This document shows, in pieces, positions 1 to 11,276 of a DNA stretch of 54,978 nt. Source of the stretch: Candidatus Moraniibacteriota bacterium (GTDB lineage Bacteria; Patescibacteriota; Minisyncoccia; Moranbacterales; UBA1568). The DNA lies in contig JACPGV010000004.1 in the NCBI GenBank assembly GCA_016182385.1, forward strand, positions 1-54,978, given 5' to 3'. The position numbers were made by a program, and so were the translations under genes. How positions within the stretch are numbered: position 1 is the first letter of the stretch; each line of letters starts with the position of its first letter. Under the pieces are notes generated by a model. The model did not search any database. It was not told the DNA's origin and worked only from the letters and a program-made list of their open reading frames with translations.

Positions 1-919
1 AAGGAAACAAGAGAAAAATACCACAAAGAAGCATCTTTGAGAGAAAGGAGAGAAAAGGGAGAAAAGAGGAAGAAGGCATACGAAAGAAAGAGTTTTTGAC
101 CTCTTTAGTATACCGTACTTTTCTGTGGTGTGGGAAGGGAGGAGGGAAGATAAAAAAAAACGTCAAAAATCTTTTATTTTACCAAAAGATAAAAACAATA
201 GTCTATTTGATTTTTCCTTATAAAAACAAAAAAACACCCTCGTGGGGAGTCTCTCCTTCTTTCACCCGACCCAACAAAAAATTGTTGGTGTCGGGCGCTA
301 CGTGCGCCCAATAATATAAATATTTGGCTGTAGCGCCCGAACTTGCATGTGCCAACACGCATGTCGGTTACCTAGCTCCGGGTGAGAAAGCATCAGTAAT
401 CCATTGAGCATTCGTGTAGTTTGTGCACTTGCACCATTCGCAGTTGTCCTAACGTTTCAACTACTTCTCCCTTCACCGTTCTCTGGCACTTGGCCTTTGA
501 TTTTTTTGAAAGAACGATTTTTTGTTTCTTTTTGTTTTTCTTCCGCTTTATTATTTTTCGGAAGTGAACTTTTGTTTTTGTTTTGGGTCCCCGTGTTAGG
601 GCGGGGCGGCTTCGGACATTGCCGAAACACTTGAACAGTGAAAGAGTCCCCGTCACAATTAGGGGGAAATTGTGATTGGGAACTCTTTCACCATTCAGAA
701 GTTATTTTATCAATAACGTTTGAAGGGAATTTGTTAAAGTTCAACACTTACATATCAATTATAACAAAAAAAATGCTCTCGGTCAATTACAAAACCCCCT
801 TCTTCCTTCAGCAAAAGCTTTTTTTTCTTTCTTGAAAAAAATTTTCTCGATTTACAGTTTTTTCCAAGAATAAAAAAGTAATTTACTTTTTTATTATGCT
901 TCTTTCAAGCCATTTTAAA

Positions 920-1984
920 CTACTCCTGATTTCTATCGAGAAGAGCGCGTAACGTATTTTTACTCGTGCCCACATACCATCGATTATTGTATATCGTATA
1001 ATCAATGGAAATATTTTTGCTTATATCCAGATTGCTGTACCGCACGGTGTATTCTTTATACACACTCGATTGAAAAACTTCCTGTTTCGAAATCATCACG
1101 CCAAGAAACGGTTGAAAAAATTGGGGAAGAGAGCTCTCTGTTTTTTGTAACAGAGTAGACGCGGCTGCCGAATCTTTAAGAGCAAAAACAAATCCAAACC
1201 GAAAGTCTTCTCCGTCATTGAAAACATACAATGAAAAAGATTCATCTAGGTGAAGCAAAAGCTCCGGGTCAACATTCAATTTCAAAAGAAAAGCGAGACG
1301 ACTGAATGCCAAGGGATTGTTATTGTGATCAGTAATATAAAACTCCACGGGCACTGTTATTTCTGCCTCTTTTGCCCGTCGAGAGGTTTGAAAAAAAAGC
1401 GCGAGAATACTTTCCGGTGTGGCAGTTTCAGTATTAATTGATAAATAATTTGGCTTATCTAAAGCAAATGGTATCTTTTCTCGTTCAGGCACCTCCAGAG
1501 GATCTTTTACTTGATCTTCCTTTGATATCTCATCCAAAAGAGGAGGGGCCGGAACAAAAAATCTTCGCCCATCAAAAAAGAAATACCATGCCGCCCCAAG
1601 AGAGCCCGCCAAAAAAAGAATGGCACACAAAAGAAAAAGCCACTTTTTGCTTTTTTTTGGTTGTTCTACGGTAAGAGTAGCGGGGATAATTTCTTTCAGG
1701 CCATTTTCAAGCTTATTTCCTTGCACAAGACCGTCCTCAGGAATTTTGTTTTGTTCGATTTTCACTCCAAAAGGACTCGCGGTATTCATTCCTTTCTCCT
1801 GCGCGAAGGGCGCGTTGGTCCCTCCTTCTTTTTTCTCATCAAAGCTCATTTTTGGTTCCGCTTTGCCGTTTTTTATTTCATCCAAATCACCCTCCATGGT
1901 ATGCACCATTTTTCCAATTTCAGCAACACGAGCAATCGCCTCTTTCCCGGAAAATTTTTTTTGTGAAAAAATTGTTTCCGACAT
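920..1984 (-). CDS. hypothetical membrane-anchored protein
   Basis: 354-aa ORF. One hydrophobic helix (WLFLLCAILFLAGSLGAAWYFFF) follows a charged N-terminal region. No family motif recognised. Confidence 0.55.
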   Translation of the reverse strand: MSETIFSQKKFSGKEAIARVAEIGKMVHTMEGDLDEIKNGKAEPKMSFDEKKEGGTNAPFAQEKGMNTASPFGVKIEQNKIPEDGLVQGNKLENGLKEIIPATLTVEQPKKSKKWLFLLCAILFLAGSLGAAWYFFFDGRRFFVPAPPLLDEISKEDQVKDPLEVPEREKIPFALDKPNYLSINTETATPESILALFFQTSRRAKEAEITVPVEFYITDHNNNPLAFSRLAFLLKLNVDPELLLHLDESFSLYVFNDGEDFRFGFVFALKDSAAASTLLQKTESSLPQFFQPFLGVMISKQEVFQSSVYKEYTVRYSNLDISKNISIDYTIYNNRWYVGTSKNTLRALLDRNQE

Positions 1985-2063
1985 ATTTCCTATTATTGTC
2001 TAAATAAAATAAGAGAGAGAGTTTCCTCTCTCTTAAGTATACACCAATTTTTTTCTTCGCGCA

Positions 2064-4178
2064 TTATTTATTCGCCTCGTCTTTTCTCAGGGCCGCCTTA
2101 TGCGAAAGATTAATGCGTCCTTGACTATCAATCTCCTTGACTATAACAGGTACGATATCGCCAACGTGAACGACGTCCTCCACTTTCTCAACGCGATGAT
2201 CGGCTAACTCGGAAATATGAATGAGTCCTTCCTGATTCGGAAGTACTTCGGCAAAAGCACCAAAATTCATAATCCTCGTGATGCGCCCCTGAAAAAGCTC
2301 ACCAGCCTTTACTTCACGGGTAATGTTGTTGATCCATGCTACCGCCTCTTGAGCGCTTGTTTCGTCAGTTGATGTGATAAAAACTGAACCATCATCCTCA
2401 ATATCGATAGAAACTCCCGTTTCATCAATAATTTGATTGATCATTTTTCCGCCGGGACCAATAACATCACGGATTTTTTCAGGATTAATGTGAAGCGTAA
2501 TAATACGTGGCGCATACGGCGACATCGTTTCTCGTGGTTGAGCAATCGTTTCAAGCATCTTTCCCATAATAAACATTCGTCCTTCTTTGGCTTGAGCAAG
2601 GGCTGTTTTTAGCATTTCCGGTGTCAAACCATCGATTTTTACATCCATCTGCATCGCCGTAATCCCATCTTTGGTGCCAGCCACTTTGAAATCCATATCA
2701 CCATAGTGATCTTCAAGACCCTGAATATCAGTAAGTACTTTGTATTCCCCATTTTTTCCGGTAATGACGCCCATTGCCACACCCGCAACTGGTTTTTTTA
2801 TTGGCACTCCGGCATCCATCAGGGAAAGAGTCGAACCGCACGTTGAGGCCATCGACGACGACCCGTTAGATTCAAGCACTTCGGAAACAAGAAGAATGGT
2901 ATACGGAAATTCCTCTTTGGAAGGAAGAACGGGAACAAGCGCCTTTTCGGCCAGTGCTCCATGCCCGATCTCACGTCGTCCCGGACCACGCATCGGACGC
3001 ACCTCACCGACAGAATACGGGGGGAAATTATAGAAGTGCATATACCGTTTCTTCATATCCACCTCCATTGTATCTACCACCATTTCATCACCGGGGGCGC
3101 CGAGTGTTGTCACCGTAAGCGCTTGTGTTTCACCACGCGTAAAAAGACCAGTGCCATGCGTACGCGGAAGAATACCAATATTACACGTAATCGGACGAAT
3201 CTCCGTTATACCGCGGCCGTCAGGACGAGCATCCTTATGAAGAATATTTTCATGCACTGCCTCATCGGAAACTTCCTCCGTAATGATAGAAAGGAGTTCG
3301 GAAAGATTTTTTTGATCAGGATATTTTTCATTGGCGTACGCGGCAATCGTTTCGTTGATTTCAGCAACCTTGCTTTCCATGGCTTGTTTCGGACGAAGAT
3401 AAAGAGCGTCAGCCAAGCCGGATTGTTCACAAAAAGACCGTATATCAGCTTCAAAAGCATCCGAGCCACGAAGCGTTGCGGCAGCGCGTTTTTCTTTACC
3501 GGCTTCTTTTCTGATATTTTCAATAAATGTTGTAATTTTTTGAATCGCCTCAAAACCAAATTCAAGCGCGGCCCCCATCTGTTCCTCAGTAATTTCTTTG
3601 GCGCCGCACTCGATCATATTGATCTTTTCTTTGGTGCCAGAAACCAAAAGATCGAGAACGCTTCCCTCGCGCTCCTCACTTGAAGGATTCAGAACAAACA
3701 TTTCTCCCTGAAGTCCTACTCGAACAGCGCCAATAGGTCCATTCCATGGGATATCCGAGAGAGTAAGCGCCGCCGAGGCAGCAATCATAGCCACAAGATC
3801 CGGATCATTTTCTCCATCATAAGAAAGCGTCGTCACCACCACCTGTACTTCATTGCGCATCCGACTATCAAACAGCGGACGGACCGTACGATCTACCGCA
3901 CGACCAGAAAGGACGGCATCATCTGACGGACGTCCCTCACGTTTGATAAATCGTGATCCTTTAATTTTCCCAGCAGCATAATATCGCTCTTCATAATCCA
4001 CCATTAAAGGGAAATATCCGGTTATTTTGGACATTTCCTTGCTCATGGTAGCGGTAGCGAGTACAACGGTATCGCCATACTGAACCGTCACCGATCCGCT
4101 TGCCTGTTTGGCAAGCGTTCCTGTCGCGATGATCAATTCGCGACCACCAAGCTGCAGAGACCATTTCTTCTCTTGCAT
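2064..4178 (-). CDS. pnp: polyribonucleotide nucleotidyltransferase (PNPase)
   Basis: 704-aa ORF with a duplicated RNase PH-like core, a KH-like segment ([15 protein letters not shown]) and a C-terminal S1 segment ([28 protein letters not shown]). It lies downstream of rpsO, the usual arrangement. Confidence 0.95.
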   Translation of the reverse strand: MQEKKWSLQLGGRELIIATGTLAKQASGSVTVQYGDTVVLATATMSKEMSKITGYFPLMVDYEERYYAAGKIKGSRFIKREGRPSDDAVLSGRAVDRTVRPLFDSRMRNEVQVVVTTLSYDGENDPDLVAMIAASAALTLSDIPWNGPIGAVRVGLQGEMFVLNPSSEEREGSVLDLLVSGTKEKINMIECGAKEITEEQMGAALEFGFEAIQKITTFIENIRKEAGKEKRAAATLRGSDAFEADIRSFCEQSGLADALYLRPKQAMESKVAEINETIAAYANEKYPDQKNLSELLSIITEEVSDEAVHENILHKDARPDGRGITEIRPITCNIGILPRTHGTGLFTRGETQALTVTTLGAPGDEMVVDTMEVDMKKRYMHFYNFPPYSVGEVRPMRGPGRREIGHGALAEKALVPVLPSKEEFPYTILLVSEVLESNGSSSMASTCGSTLSLMDAGVPIKKPVAGVAMGVITGKNGEYKVLTDIQGLEDHYGDMDFKVAGTKDGITAMQMDVKIDGLTPEMLKTALAQAKEGRMFIMGKMLETIAQPRETMSPYAPRIITLHINPEKIRDVIGPGGKMINQIIDETGVSIDIEDDGSVFITSTDETSAQEAVAWINNITREVKAGELFQGRITRIMNFGAFAEVLPNQEGLIHISELADHRVEKVEDVVHVGDIVPVIVKEIDSQGRINLSHKAALRKDEANK

Positions 4179-4372
4179 ACACGCATCGGGCCTCCATCAA
4201 GCTCATAAACACGCGATTGTGGCCAAAAAGCCGCACTCGTGTACCTATAAACCAGAAAGAGACCATATTAAATTGTTATGTTCCCACTCTACCTCTCTTT
4301 TCCTCTCTTTGTCAAAGAAAAAATCGTTCTGTCAGTCAATAACAAACTTGATTTTTTGATTCTCTTTCCCGC

Positions 4373-4870
4373 TTAAATAAGAAATCGCCTTTTGTTCTCG
4401 GAAAGATTGGTGAAATCATCGGCAATATCGACAAGTTTGGCCGACGCTGATTCCGCAAAAGCAATCACTTCGACACGGCATCCATGAGTATTTTGAATAT
4501 ATTCAACAAGAGACACATAGTCACCATCACCGGAAACAATCACTACGACATCAAGTTTAGCCGCCATCTTGATCGCATCTACCGCAATACCAACATCCCA
4601 ATCACCTTTTTTCGATCCATCAGGAAAAATCTGAAGGTCCTTGGTTTTTACCTCATATCCGCTTTTTTCCAGTGCCTCAAAAAATTTTTCTTCGGTTGCT
4701 TCAGTAGTCGTAATACCATACGCGATAGCTCGAATCAGCTTTCGGTCATCCGTAGCCGCCTCAAGAACATTCTTGAAATTTACCTTTTTCCCATACAAAA
4801 CACGCGCGCTATAATAAAGATTGGAAATATCTACCAAAACACCTATCCTTTGCTCTGAAAATTTTGCCAT
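4373..4870 (-). CDS. NYN-domain (LabA/DUF88-like) protein, putative RNase
   Basis: 165 aa. N-terminal IGVLVDISNLYY and later VVIVSGDGDY match the acidic motifs of the NYN/LabA family as I recall them. Confidence 0.7.
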   Translation of the reverse strand: MAKFSEQRIGVLVDISNLYYSARVLYGKKVNFKNVLEAATDDRKLIRAIAYGITTTEATEEKFFEALEKSGYEVKTKDLQIFPDGSKKGDWDVGIAVDAIKMAAKLDVVVIVSGDGDYVSLVEYIQNTHGCRVEVIAFAESASAKLVDIADDFTNLSENKRRFLI

Positions 4871-4897
4871 ATTTTTCTCTCGTCAAACAAAATGGGG

Positions 4898-5164
4898 CTA
4901 TTCTAGCCCCAATTTTTTCACGATTGTTTTATAAGATTTCTCATTTGTCTTTTCAAGATACGCGAGAAGCTTCTTGCGCTTGGCTACCATTTTCAAAAGT
5001 CCACGTCGAGAATGAAAGTCTTTTTTATTCTTCTTCAAATGTGTTGTCAGTTTCTTGATTTGCTCCGTAAAAAGAGCGACCTGATATTCCGGAGAACCAG
5101 TATCCTTTTCGTGCCGCTTTACTTCGCCCGTCACTTTTTCCTTTTGCTTATGCGTCAATGCCAT
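4898..5164 (-). CDS. rpsO: 30S ribosomal protein S15
   Basis: 88 aa. [39 protein letters not shown] is the typical S15 core. Located upstream of pnp. Confidence 0.95.
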   Translation of the reverse strand: MALTHKQKEKVTGEVKRHEKDTGSPEYQVALFTEQIKKLTTHLKKNKKDFHSRRGLLKMVAKRKKLLAYLEKTNEKSYKTIVKKLGLE

Positions 5165-5421
5165 AGCATTATTTTGTCAGCAAGATACTCGTTCATTCGC
5201 TTTTCAACAAACAAACCAATATCCGCTCCTTATAAAAATTAACATTCGCACTGTACCACATGATTCTTTTTTATGCAAGAAAAAAAAGAGTGTCATGATA
5301 CTCTTCTCTCTGTCCCGTATTCATCATTGTGGAATATTTTCTTGTCTTCAACACTTGACGAAAAAAAACATTGCCCCTTTAATAGTATTGTCCCGATAGG
5401 CGGACTTTCCCAGGAGGTAGC

Positions 5422-5724
5422 ATGGAACTACAAATGAAAGCGCGCGGCCAAAGAAATGGTCGAAGCGTTACCGTAAAAGATATCCCTTCGGGGGTAAAAA
5501 GAATCCAAACGGAGACGCTTTTCGGTCAAACGTCGAAAGATACGATTCCTAACGGTCATATCGACGTCGATTTTCAAGACGACAAAGCCTGTCTCGTTCC
5601 AAGTTTTCCGTTAAACATAAACGGAAACAAAGTACGCGGCGGGGAACTGGTCGTTATCCGGCAACGTTCCGGGCGATTCAGGGTGGGAATCGGAAACAAG
5701 GTGTGGGTTCTCAGCGTCTCCTGA
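5422..5724 (+). CDS. hypothetical protein
   Basis: 100-aa ORF. AGGAGG lies about 6 nt upstream of the ATG, a TTGACG -35-like hexamer lies further upstream, and a strong hairpin follows. No family recognised. Confidence 0.5.
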   Translation: MELQMKARGQRNGRSVTVKDIPSGVKRIQTETLFGQTSKDTIPNGHIDVDFQDDKACLVPSFPLNINGNKVRGGELVVIRQRSGRFRVGIGNKVWVLSVS

Positions 5725-5731
5725 AAGGAAC

Positions 5732-5766
5732 ACAGCTTGCGAGAGCAAGCTGTTTCATTTTTTATT
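5732..5766. terminator. hairpin terminator between convergent genes
   Basis: ACAGCTTGC-GAGA-GCAAGCTGT (9-bp stem) followed by TTCATTTTTT. It sits between the 5422-5724 ORF and the gyrA stop. Confidence 0.6.
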
Positions 5767-8212
5767 ACAAAATAGTAAACGCCGCCACCTTGTCCCCCGC
5801 CTGCGGTTTCATCACGCGGACACCTTGTGTTACACGACCGAGAAGCGGAACGCTCTTAAAAGGGATACGAATGATTGTTCCTTTTTCCGATGTCAAAATA
5901 AGATCATCTTCAACGTCCCCCATGCTGGTGATAAGCGCCCCGACAATATCTCCCGTCTTTGGCGTCACCTTCATCGCCTTAATACCGGAACCACCGCGCT
6001 TCTGCACTTTAAATTGTTTTAAAACGCTTCGTTTTCCATAACCGTTCTGCGAAAGAACAAGGAGTTCCATTTCTTTGGATTCCTTGGCGACGACACCCAT
6101 GGCAACAATTCTGTCTTTATCATCTTTCAGCTTCATCCCACGCACACCGGCGGCATTTCGTCCCATCGGACGCACATCGGATTCCTTGAAACGAATCGCC
6201 TGTCCATCAGCCGTCGTCATCACCATTTCATCGTTACCGGTCGTCGGCCGCACCCAACCAAGCACATCACCTTTATCGAGAGTGATGGCAATAAGACCAC
6301 TTCGACGAACATTTTCAAAATCTTCAATTTTTGTCTTTTTTACGGTACCATTAGCCGTTACCATGCAGAGGTATTTATAATCTCCCGCTTTGAAAGCAAT
6401 GACGGCAGTAATTTTTTCTTCTTGTGATAACTGAAGGAAATTGACAATAGCCTGCCCTTTGGCCGTACGAGACGACTCAGGAATTTCATAGGCCTTCGTC
6501 TGAAATACTTTTCCGGTGTTTGTAAAAAACATCATATTATCATGCGTCTCGATAGTAAGCACCTGAGCAATCCGATCTTCTTCCTTGGTTGTCGCACCAA
6601 TCACTCCCTTACCACCTCGCTTCTGTACCCGATAACCATCCGGGTTCATCCGCTTGATATAACCATCTTCTGTAAGTGTAATGATGGCTTCTTCATTCGG
6701 AATGAGATCTTCTTGCTTGAACTCTGAAATACCGGTTTTGACAACGCGTGTTTTACGATCATCACCAAAACGATCCCGCACTTCAAGGAGCTCACTTTTC
6801 ACCAACGCAAGAATTTTTTTGCGATGTTTCAACAAGTCTTCCAAATGAGCAATCAGCTTGAGTTTTTCTTCCAGTTCATCCTCGATTTTCTTTCGCTCCA
6901 ATCCGGCAAGCGTTTGCAAGCGCATTTCCAAAATGGCCGCGGCTTGACGCTCGGAAAGCTTAAACTTGGTCATCAAATTTTTATGTGCCTCTTCTTTAGT
7001 CGGAGATTTTTTGATGGTCTCAATAATCTTATCAATGTGATCAAGTGCCTTTTTCAGCCCTTCAAGAATGTGCGCTCGGTCTTTGGCTTTCCGCAAATCA
7101 TGTTCCGTGCGACGAATGACGACTCCTTCTCGGTGCTTAATATAATGTTCAAGAATCGCTTTCAAAGTAAGAATCTGCGGATCAACACCATCAACAAGCG
7201 CCAGCATATTGACGTTGAAATTTTTCTGCAAATCCGTCATCTGATATAGCTGATTGAGTACCTTTTGAGGAAACGCTTCCTTTTTCAAATCAACAACAAT
7301 ACGCACGCCGTCTTTATCGCTTTCGTCACGCAAATCTTTAATGCCAGAAATTTTTTCTTCTTTGACCAATTCAGCGATTTTCATAATAAGTGAGGCCTTG
7401 TTGGTCGCGTACGTCATTTCACTCACAATGATTTGAAATTGCCCGGACTTTGTTTCCACTATTTCCGTTTTCGCTCGAGAAACAATCGGTCCCTTTCCAG
7501 TAGCATAGGCTTCACGTATATCTTTCTGATTATAAATAATACCCCCCGTCGGAAAATCAGGGCCCTTGATAAACTGCATCAAATCATCAACGCTTGCCTC
7601 AGGGTGATCAACAAGATGACAAATACCGTCTACCAATTCATTCAAATTATGTGGCGGGATATTGGTCGCCATACCGACCGCGATACCAACGGTGCCATTG
7701 AGCAAAAGTTGGGGCAGCTTTGCCGGCAACACTGTTGACTCTTCATGTACGCCATCAAAATTCGGTACGAAATCTACGGTATCTTTCTCAATATCAAGAA
7801 GCATTTCCTCTGCAATAGGAGAAAGCTTGGCCTCGGTATAACGATACGCGGCGGCGCCATCACCATCCATTGAGCCAAAGTTTCCTTGTCCCCACACGAG
7901 TGGATAGCGAAGTGAGAAATCTTGTGCCAAACGCACCATAGTATCATAAACGGCCGTATCACCATGTGGATGATATTTTCCGAGCACCTCACCAACCACC
8001 GTCGCTGATTTACGAAATTTCGCCGTAGAACGGAGTCCCGTAGACCACATCGAATAAAGGATGCGACGATGTACCGGCTTCAAACCATCACGTACATCAG
8101 GAAGGGCACGCGCTACGATGACGCTCATCGCATAGTCAAGATATGATTGACGCACTTCGTCAGCTATGGAACGTCCTTCAATTTTTCCGTCATGAAATGT
8201 TTTTTCCTGCAT
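5765..8212 (-). CDS. gyrA: DNA gyrase subunit A
   Basis: 815 aa. [12 protein letters not shown], the active-site region [11 protein letters not shown], and C-terminal beta-pinwheel repeats. Confidence 0.95.
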   Translation of the reverse strand: MQEKTFHDGKIEGRSIADEVRQSYLDYAMSVIVARALPDVRDGLKPVHRRILYSMWSTGLRSTAKFRKSATVVGEVLGKYHPHGDTAVYDTMVRLAQDFSLRYPLVWGQGNFGSMDGDGAAAYRYTEAKLSPIAEEMLLDIEKDTVDFVPNFDGVHEESTVLPAKLPQLLLNGTVGIAVGMATNIPPHNLNELVDGICHLVDHPEASVDDLMQFIKGPDFPTGGIIYNQKDIREAYATGKGPIVSRAKTEIVETKSGQFQIIVSEMTYATNKASLIMKIAELVKEEKISGIKDLRDESDKDGVRIVVDLKKEAFPQKVLNQLYQMTDLQKNFNVNMLALVDGVDPQILTLKAILEHYIKHREGVVIRRTEHDLRKAKDRAHILEGLKKALDHIDKIIETIKKSPTKEEAHKNLMTKFKLSERQAAAILEMRLQTLAGLERKKIEDELEEKLKLIAHLEDLLKHRKKILALVKSELLEVRDRFGDDRKTRVVKTGISEFKQEDLIPNEEAIITLTEDGYIKRMNPDGYRVQKRGGKGVIGATTKEEDRIAQVLTIETHDNMMFFTNTGKVFQTKAYEIPESSRTAKGQAIVNFLQLSQEEKITAVIAFKAGDYKYLCMVTANGTVKKTKIEDFENVRRSGLIAITLDKGDVLGWVRPTTGNDEMVMTTADGQAIRFKESDVRPMGRNAAGVRGMKLKDDKDRIVAMGVVAKESKEMELLVLSQNGYGKRSVLKQFKVQKRGGSGIKAMKVTPKTGDIVGALITSMGDVEDDLILTSEKGTIIRIPFKSVPLLGRVTQGVRVMKPQAGDKVAAFTIL

Positions 8213-8234
8213 ATAATTTCAACATTAATCTCTT

Positions 8235-8576
8235 TCAATTCTTCTCTTGCGTACGCTCTTGAAATTGTTCATTAAAATATTCTGTACCGGTTTTTTCTTT
8301 TTGTTCCGTTGTCCCCAAAGGAATATCTTTGCCTAAAAGATCATTAAGCGATGTTGAGGGAGTCTGTGACAAGGCATCTTTCCCTTTTTTTGTAACCGAA
8401 GGAACATCACGAGCGATACCTTGAAAATTTTCCTTAACCGAGAGAAGCCAGATGCCAAAAATAATAGCCATGGAAACACAAAGACAGATTAAAACATATC
8501 GCATCCTTACGTGCTCCGGCTCCTCCCGAATCTTTTCAATTTTTTCCCATACGGAATCAAACATAACAAAAAACAA
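8235..8576 (-). CDS. hypothetical small membrane protein
   Basis: 113-aa ORF with one hydrophobic helix (YVLICLCVSMAIIFGIWLL). Confidence 0.45.
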   Translation of the reverse strand: MFFVMFDSVWEKIEKIREEPEHVRMRYVLICLCVSMAIIFGIWLLSVKENFQGIARDVPSVTKKGKDALSQTPSTSLNDLLGKDIPLGTTEQKEKTGTEYFNEQFQERTQEKN

Positions 8577-8582
8577 AGAAAA

Positions 8583-9230
8583 TTAAGCGCCTCGTTCCAA
8601 AAGCACCACTTCCAAATTTTTCTCCTCTATATCCTTCTTTTTCAGGTTCAGTTTAGCAAGGGATTCTTTTGGACAACTTCCCATCGCCTCACAAAAAGCT
8701 TTTTCCGTTTCAAGTGACAACGTAAGTCCAGGAATTTTATAGTGCATCGGAATAACGATGTTTGGTTCAATTTTTCTCACTAATTCCGCCGCCACCTTAG
8801 GAGGCAGCGTGTCTGCGCCTCCCACTGGGATAAAAAGAATATCAACACCATTGAGTTTGTCCAAAAGTTCCGGCGATAAATCGTGTCCCAATGCCCCCAG
8901 ATAGCACAAATGAATATCTTCGCTTTCAATAAGAAAAATGGTATTTTGACCATGTTTTTCTCCACTTTTTTCATCCCGATACGAAGGAAATCCAAGAGCA
9001 GAAATCCCTTTAACGGCATATTCTCCCGGGGTATGAAACACTACCGTTTCTTCTTTATACTCTTCCGTATCGCCATGCGAAAGGAAAATCACATCAACTT
9101 GACCTTGTGGCGAACGCAAACCCGCTCCTTTTTTGAGCGGATCAGTCCAAAAGACAACATCTTCTGTCGCTCGGCCAGCCGGTTTTGTGCTTATTTTAAA
9201 ACAAAAATCGCCGTAATATTGGATATTCAT
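8583..9230 (-). CDS. metallo-beta-lactamase-fold hydrolase (UPF0173-like)
   Basis: 215 aa. The segments FLSHGDTEE, LGHD and IPMHY resemble the small MBL-fold family. Family assignment is from memory only. Confidence 0.6.
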   Translation of the reverse strand: MNIQYYGDFCFKISTKPAGRATEDVVFWTDPLKKGAGLRSPQGQVDVIFLSHGDTEEYKEETVVFHTPGEYAVKGISALGFPSYRDEKSGEKHGQNTIFLIESEDIHLCYLGALGHDLSPELLDKLNGVDILFIPVGGADTLPPKVAAELVRKIEPNIVIPMHYKIPGLTLSLETEKAFCEAMGSCPKESLAKLNLKKKDIEEKNLEVVLLERGA

Positions 9231-9510
9231 AGAAAAAGACTTATAAACATAGCTATTTTAACAGGTTTTTTCCCTTTTGTCACGTTAAAAACATCTTTTT
9301 CCCTCCTTGCCAAAAATAAAATCCTACGCTATACTCCGAAAACCCCTTCTTAAAGGGGAAGATAACTGGAAATAATACAATTGAATACAAGAATGAGACA
9401 ATTCTTGACGTTTCGTACTATTTTTCCAGACACTTCTTTATAGTGTTTTTTTTGTTTCCGCACTCTAAACAGTAATCGCGATACGCGGATCGCTTCAATT
9501 ATTTATCATT

Positions 9511-10650
9511 ATGCCTACTCAAGAAAAAATTTCTTCCATGGAAGCGTTGCTTGCCAAGCACATCGTAGAAGTGCCTGATCTCGGCGACGTTGTTCATGGA
9601 ATAGTTGTACATGTAGCTCCCGCTTCAGCTCTTATCGATCTTGGACCGCTTGGTACAGGTATTGTTCTCGGTAAAGAAATGCGTGATGGTCTCGGACCAG
9701 AAGGCAAATTAAAAGTAGGAACTGAGGTGACTGCTACCCTGATGGATTTCGAAAACGAGGATGGCTATATCGAACTTTCCATCCGCGAGGCTTCCTATGA
9801 AAAATCTTGGGACGATATTGAACACAAACTGACCAATCGTGAGGTTGTCTCTACCAAAGTCGTAGAAGCCAACAAGGGCGGCCTGATGATAGAGATAAAT
9901 GGTATTATGGGATTTCTTCCTGTTTCCCAACTTTCCAATGAACACTATCCGCGCGTTGAAGACGGTGACAAAAATAAAATTCTTGATCTCTTGAAAAAAC
10001 TCATCGGCCAAGAGGTTTCCGTTCGTATTCTTGACGCTGACCGAGAGACAGAAAAGCTTATCGTGAGCGAAAAAGCGGCTCAAAGCGAAAAAGAGCGTGA
10101 ACTTATCAATCTACTTCATGTCGGTGACGTTATCTCCGGAGAAGTAAGCGGTGTTGTTGATTTCGGCGCTTTTGTAAAATTTGCTCCTCCCGTCAAAGAA
10201 GATGAGAAAAAGACGTTTGAAAAACTGGAAGGCCTCGTACATATCTCCGAACTCGCGTGGCAACTTATCGATGATCCACGCGAAATGATCAAAACGGGCG
10301 ATCACGTTGAAGCAAAAATTATCGGTATTGACGATACTCGCATTTCGCTTTCCATGAAAGCACTCAAAGAAGATCCTTGGAATGCTGTTCTCGATAAATA
10401 CAAACCGGAAGACATTGTTTCCGGAAAAGTTGATAAAATAAATCATTTCGGTGCATTCGTCTATCTCGACAAAGACATTCATGGTCTCGCGCATGTTAGT
10501 GAATTCCAAGAGGTTTATCCCGGTAAAAAAATGGAAGAAACTTTCAAAGAGGGGGAAACCTATTCATGGAAAATTCTCTCTATCGAACCAAAGAGTCACC
10601 GTATGGGTCTGCTCCCCGTCAAAGAAAGCGGAAAGAAAAAGGAGGCCTAA
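9511..10650 (+). CDS. rpsA: S1 RNA-binding domain protein (ribosomal protein S1-like)
   Basis: 379 aa with four S1-like repeats (e.g. GDVISGEVSGVVDFGAFVKF, GKVDKINHFGAFVYL). Confidence 0.8.
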   Translation: MPTQEKISSMEALLAKHIVEVPDLGDVVHGIVVHVAPASALIDLGPLGTGIVLGKEMRDGLGPEGKLKVGTEVTATLMDFENEDGYIELSIREASYEKSWDDIEHKLTNREVVSTKVVEANKGGLMIEINGIMGFLPVSQLSNEHYPRVEDGDKNKILDLLKKLIGQEVSVRILDADRETEKLIVSEKAAQSEKERELINLLHVGDVISGEVSGVVDFGAFVKFAPPVKEDEKKTFEKLEGLVHISELAWQLIDDPREMIKTGDHVEAKIIGIDDTRISLSMKALKEDPWNAVLDKYKPEDIVSGKVDKINHFGAFVYLDKDIHGLAHVSEFQEVYPGKKMEETFKEGETYSWKILSIEPKSHRMGLLPVKESGKKKEA

Positions 10651-10715
10651 GTTAAGGGGTTGCGCTATTTTCTTTTTCACAAAAAAATAATGACCGTGAA
10701 CACTTTCCTTTCATT

Positions 10716-11276
10716 ATGAAAAATATCTTTATTCTTTCCGGGCCATCCGGTGCCGGCGAAGACTCCATTATTGACGGGCTAGAGAAAATTCTTCCTCTCG
10801 AAAGAGTTGTCACCACGACTTCTCGAGCGATGCGTCCTGGCGAAAAAAACGGTCACCCCTATTACTTCATCGACAAAACATCCTTTGAAAAAAAAATTGC
10901 GGCTGGAGATTTTGTCGAATACGCCCGTCAATATAACGACCATCTTTACGGTGTCACAAAAAAAGAACTCGATCGTGTCGCCGCCACTGGAAAAAGGGGT
11001 ATTTGGAAAATCGAGTATCAAGGGGTGGCGACGGCTAAGCGTCTTTTCCCGGGGATAATCGCTATTTTTATCAATGCTCCGCTTGCTATTCTTGAAGAGC
11101 GCATCCGAAGACGAGACAATCTTTCAGAAACGTATATTCGCGAACGAATGCGTTACACAAAAGATTGGCTCACTCATACCCATCTTTATGACTACATCAT
11201 TGAAAATGAGCAAGGAAAACTCGAAGAGGCCATCAAAAATGTCGCGGCTATCATCGATCGTCATTACGAAAAATAA
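10716..11276 (+). CDS. gmk: guanylate kinase-like protein (atypical P-loop)
   Basis: 186 aa. GMP-binding motifs TTTSRAMRPGEKNGHPYYFI and EYARQYNDHLYGV are present. The P-loop reads GPSGAGEDS rather than GPSGxGKST. Confidence 0.8.
   Translation: MKNIFILSGPSGAGEDSIIDGLEKILPLERVVTTTSRAMRPGEKNGHPYYFIDKTSFEKKIAAGDFVEYARQYNDHLYGVTKKELDRVAATGKRGIWKIEYQGVATAKRLFPGIIAIFINAPLAILEERIRRRDNLSETYIRERMRYTKDWLTHTHLYDYIIENEQGKLEEAIKNVAAIIDRHYEK

Noticed and set aside
1-99. Frame-1 ORF running in from the left edge (…KETREKYHKEASLRERREKGEKRKKAYERKSF*)
   Set aside because: Only 32 low-complexity Lys/Arg/Glu-rich residues are visible. That is too little to call a gene or a product.
393-656. 87-aa minus-strand ORF, very basic (KKNKKKQK)
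   Set aside because: It lies across hairpins and a T-rich low-complexity tract, has no RBS-like sequence that I can see, and its composition looks like translated poly-T/A. Probably not coding.
240-700. Possible RNase P RNA on the minus strand. CACCCGGAGCUAGG resembles the E. coli M1 segment CACCCGGAGCAAGG, and GUGCCAG is also present.
   Set aside because: I could not find the universally conserved CR-I (GGAAAGUCC-type) or CR-V (ACAGAAnnCGGCUUA-type) elements, or a P4 pairing. The GUCCGAAG stretch forms a purely local hairpin. The region is kept only as an unassigned structured region.
2961-3683. 240-aa plus-strand ORF
   Set aside because: It is a shadow ORF antisense to pnp. It has a biased, repetitive composition, and pnp is unambiguous.
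11074-11238. Track start for the tilS ORF
   Set aside because: It would overlap the gmk coding region by about 200 nt. The TilS-like sequence only begins near the PP-loop, so the ATG at 11239 is preferred.
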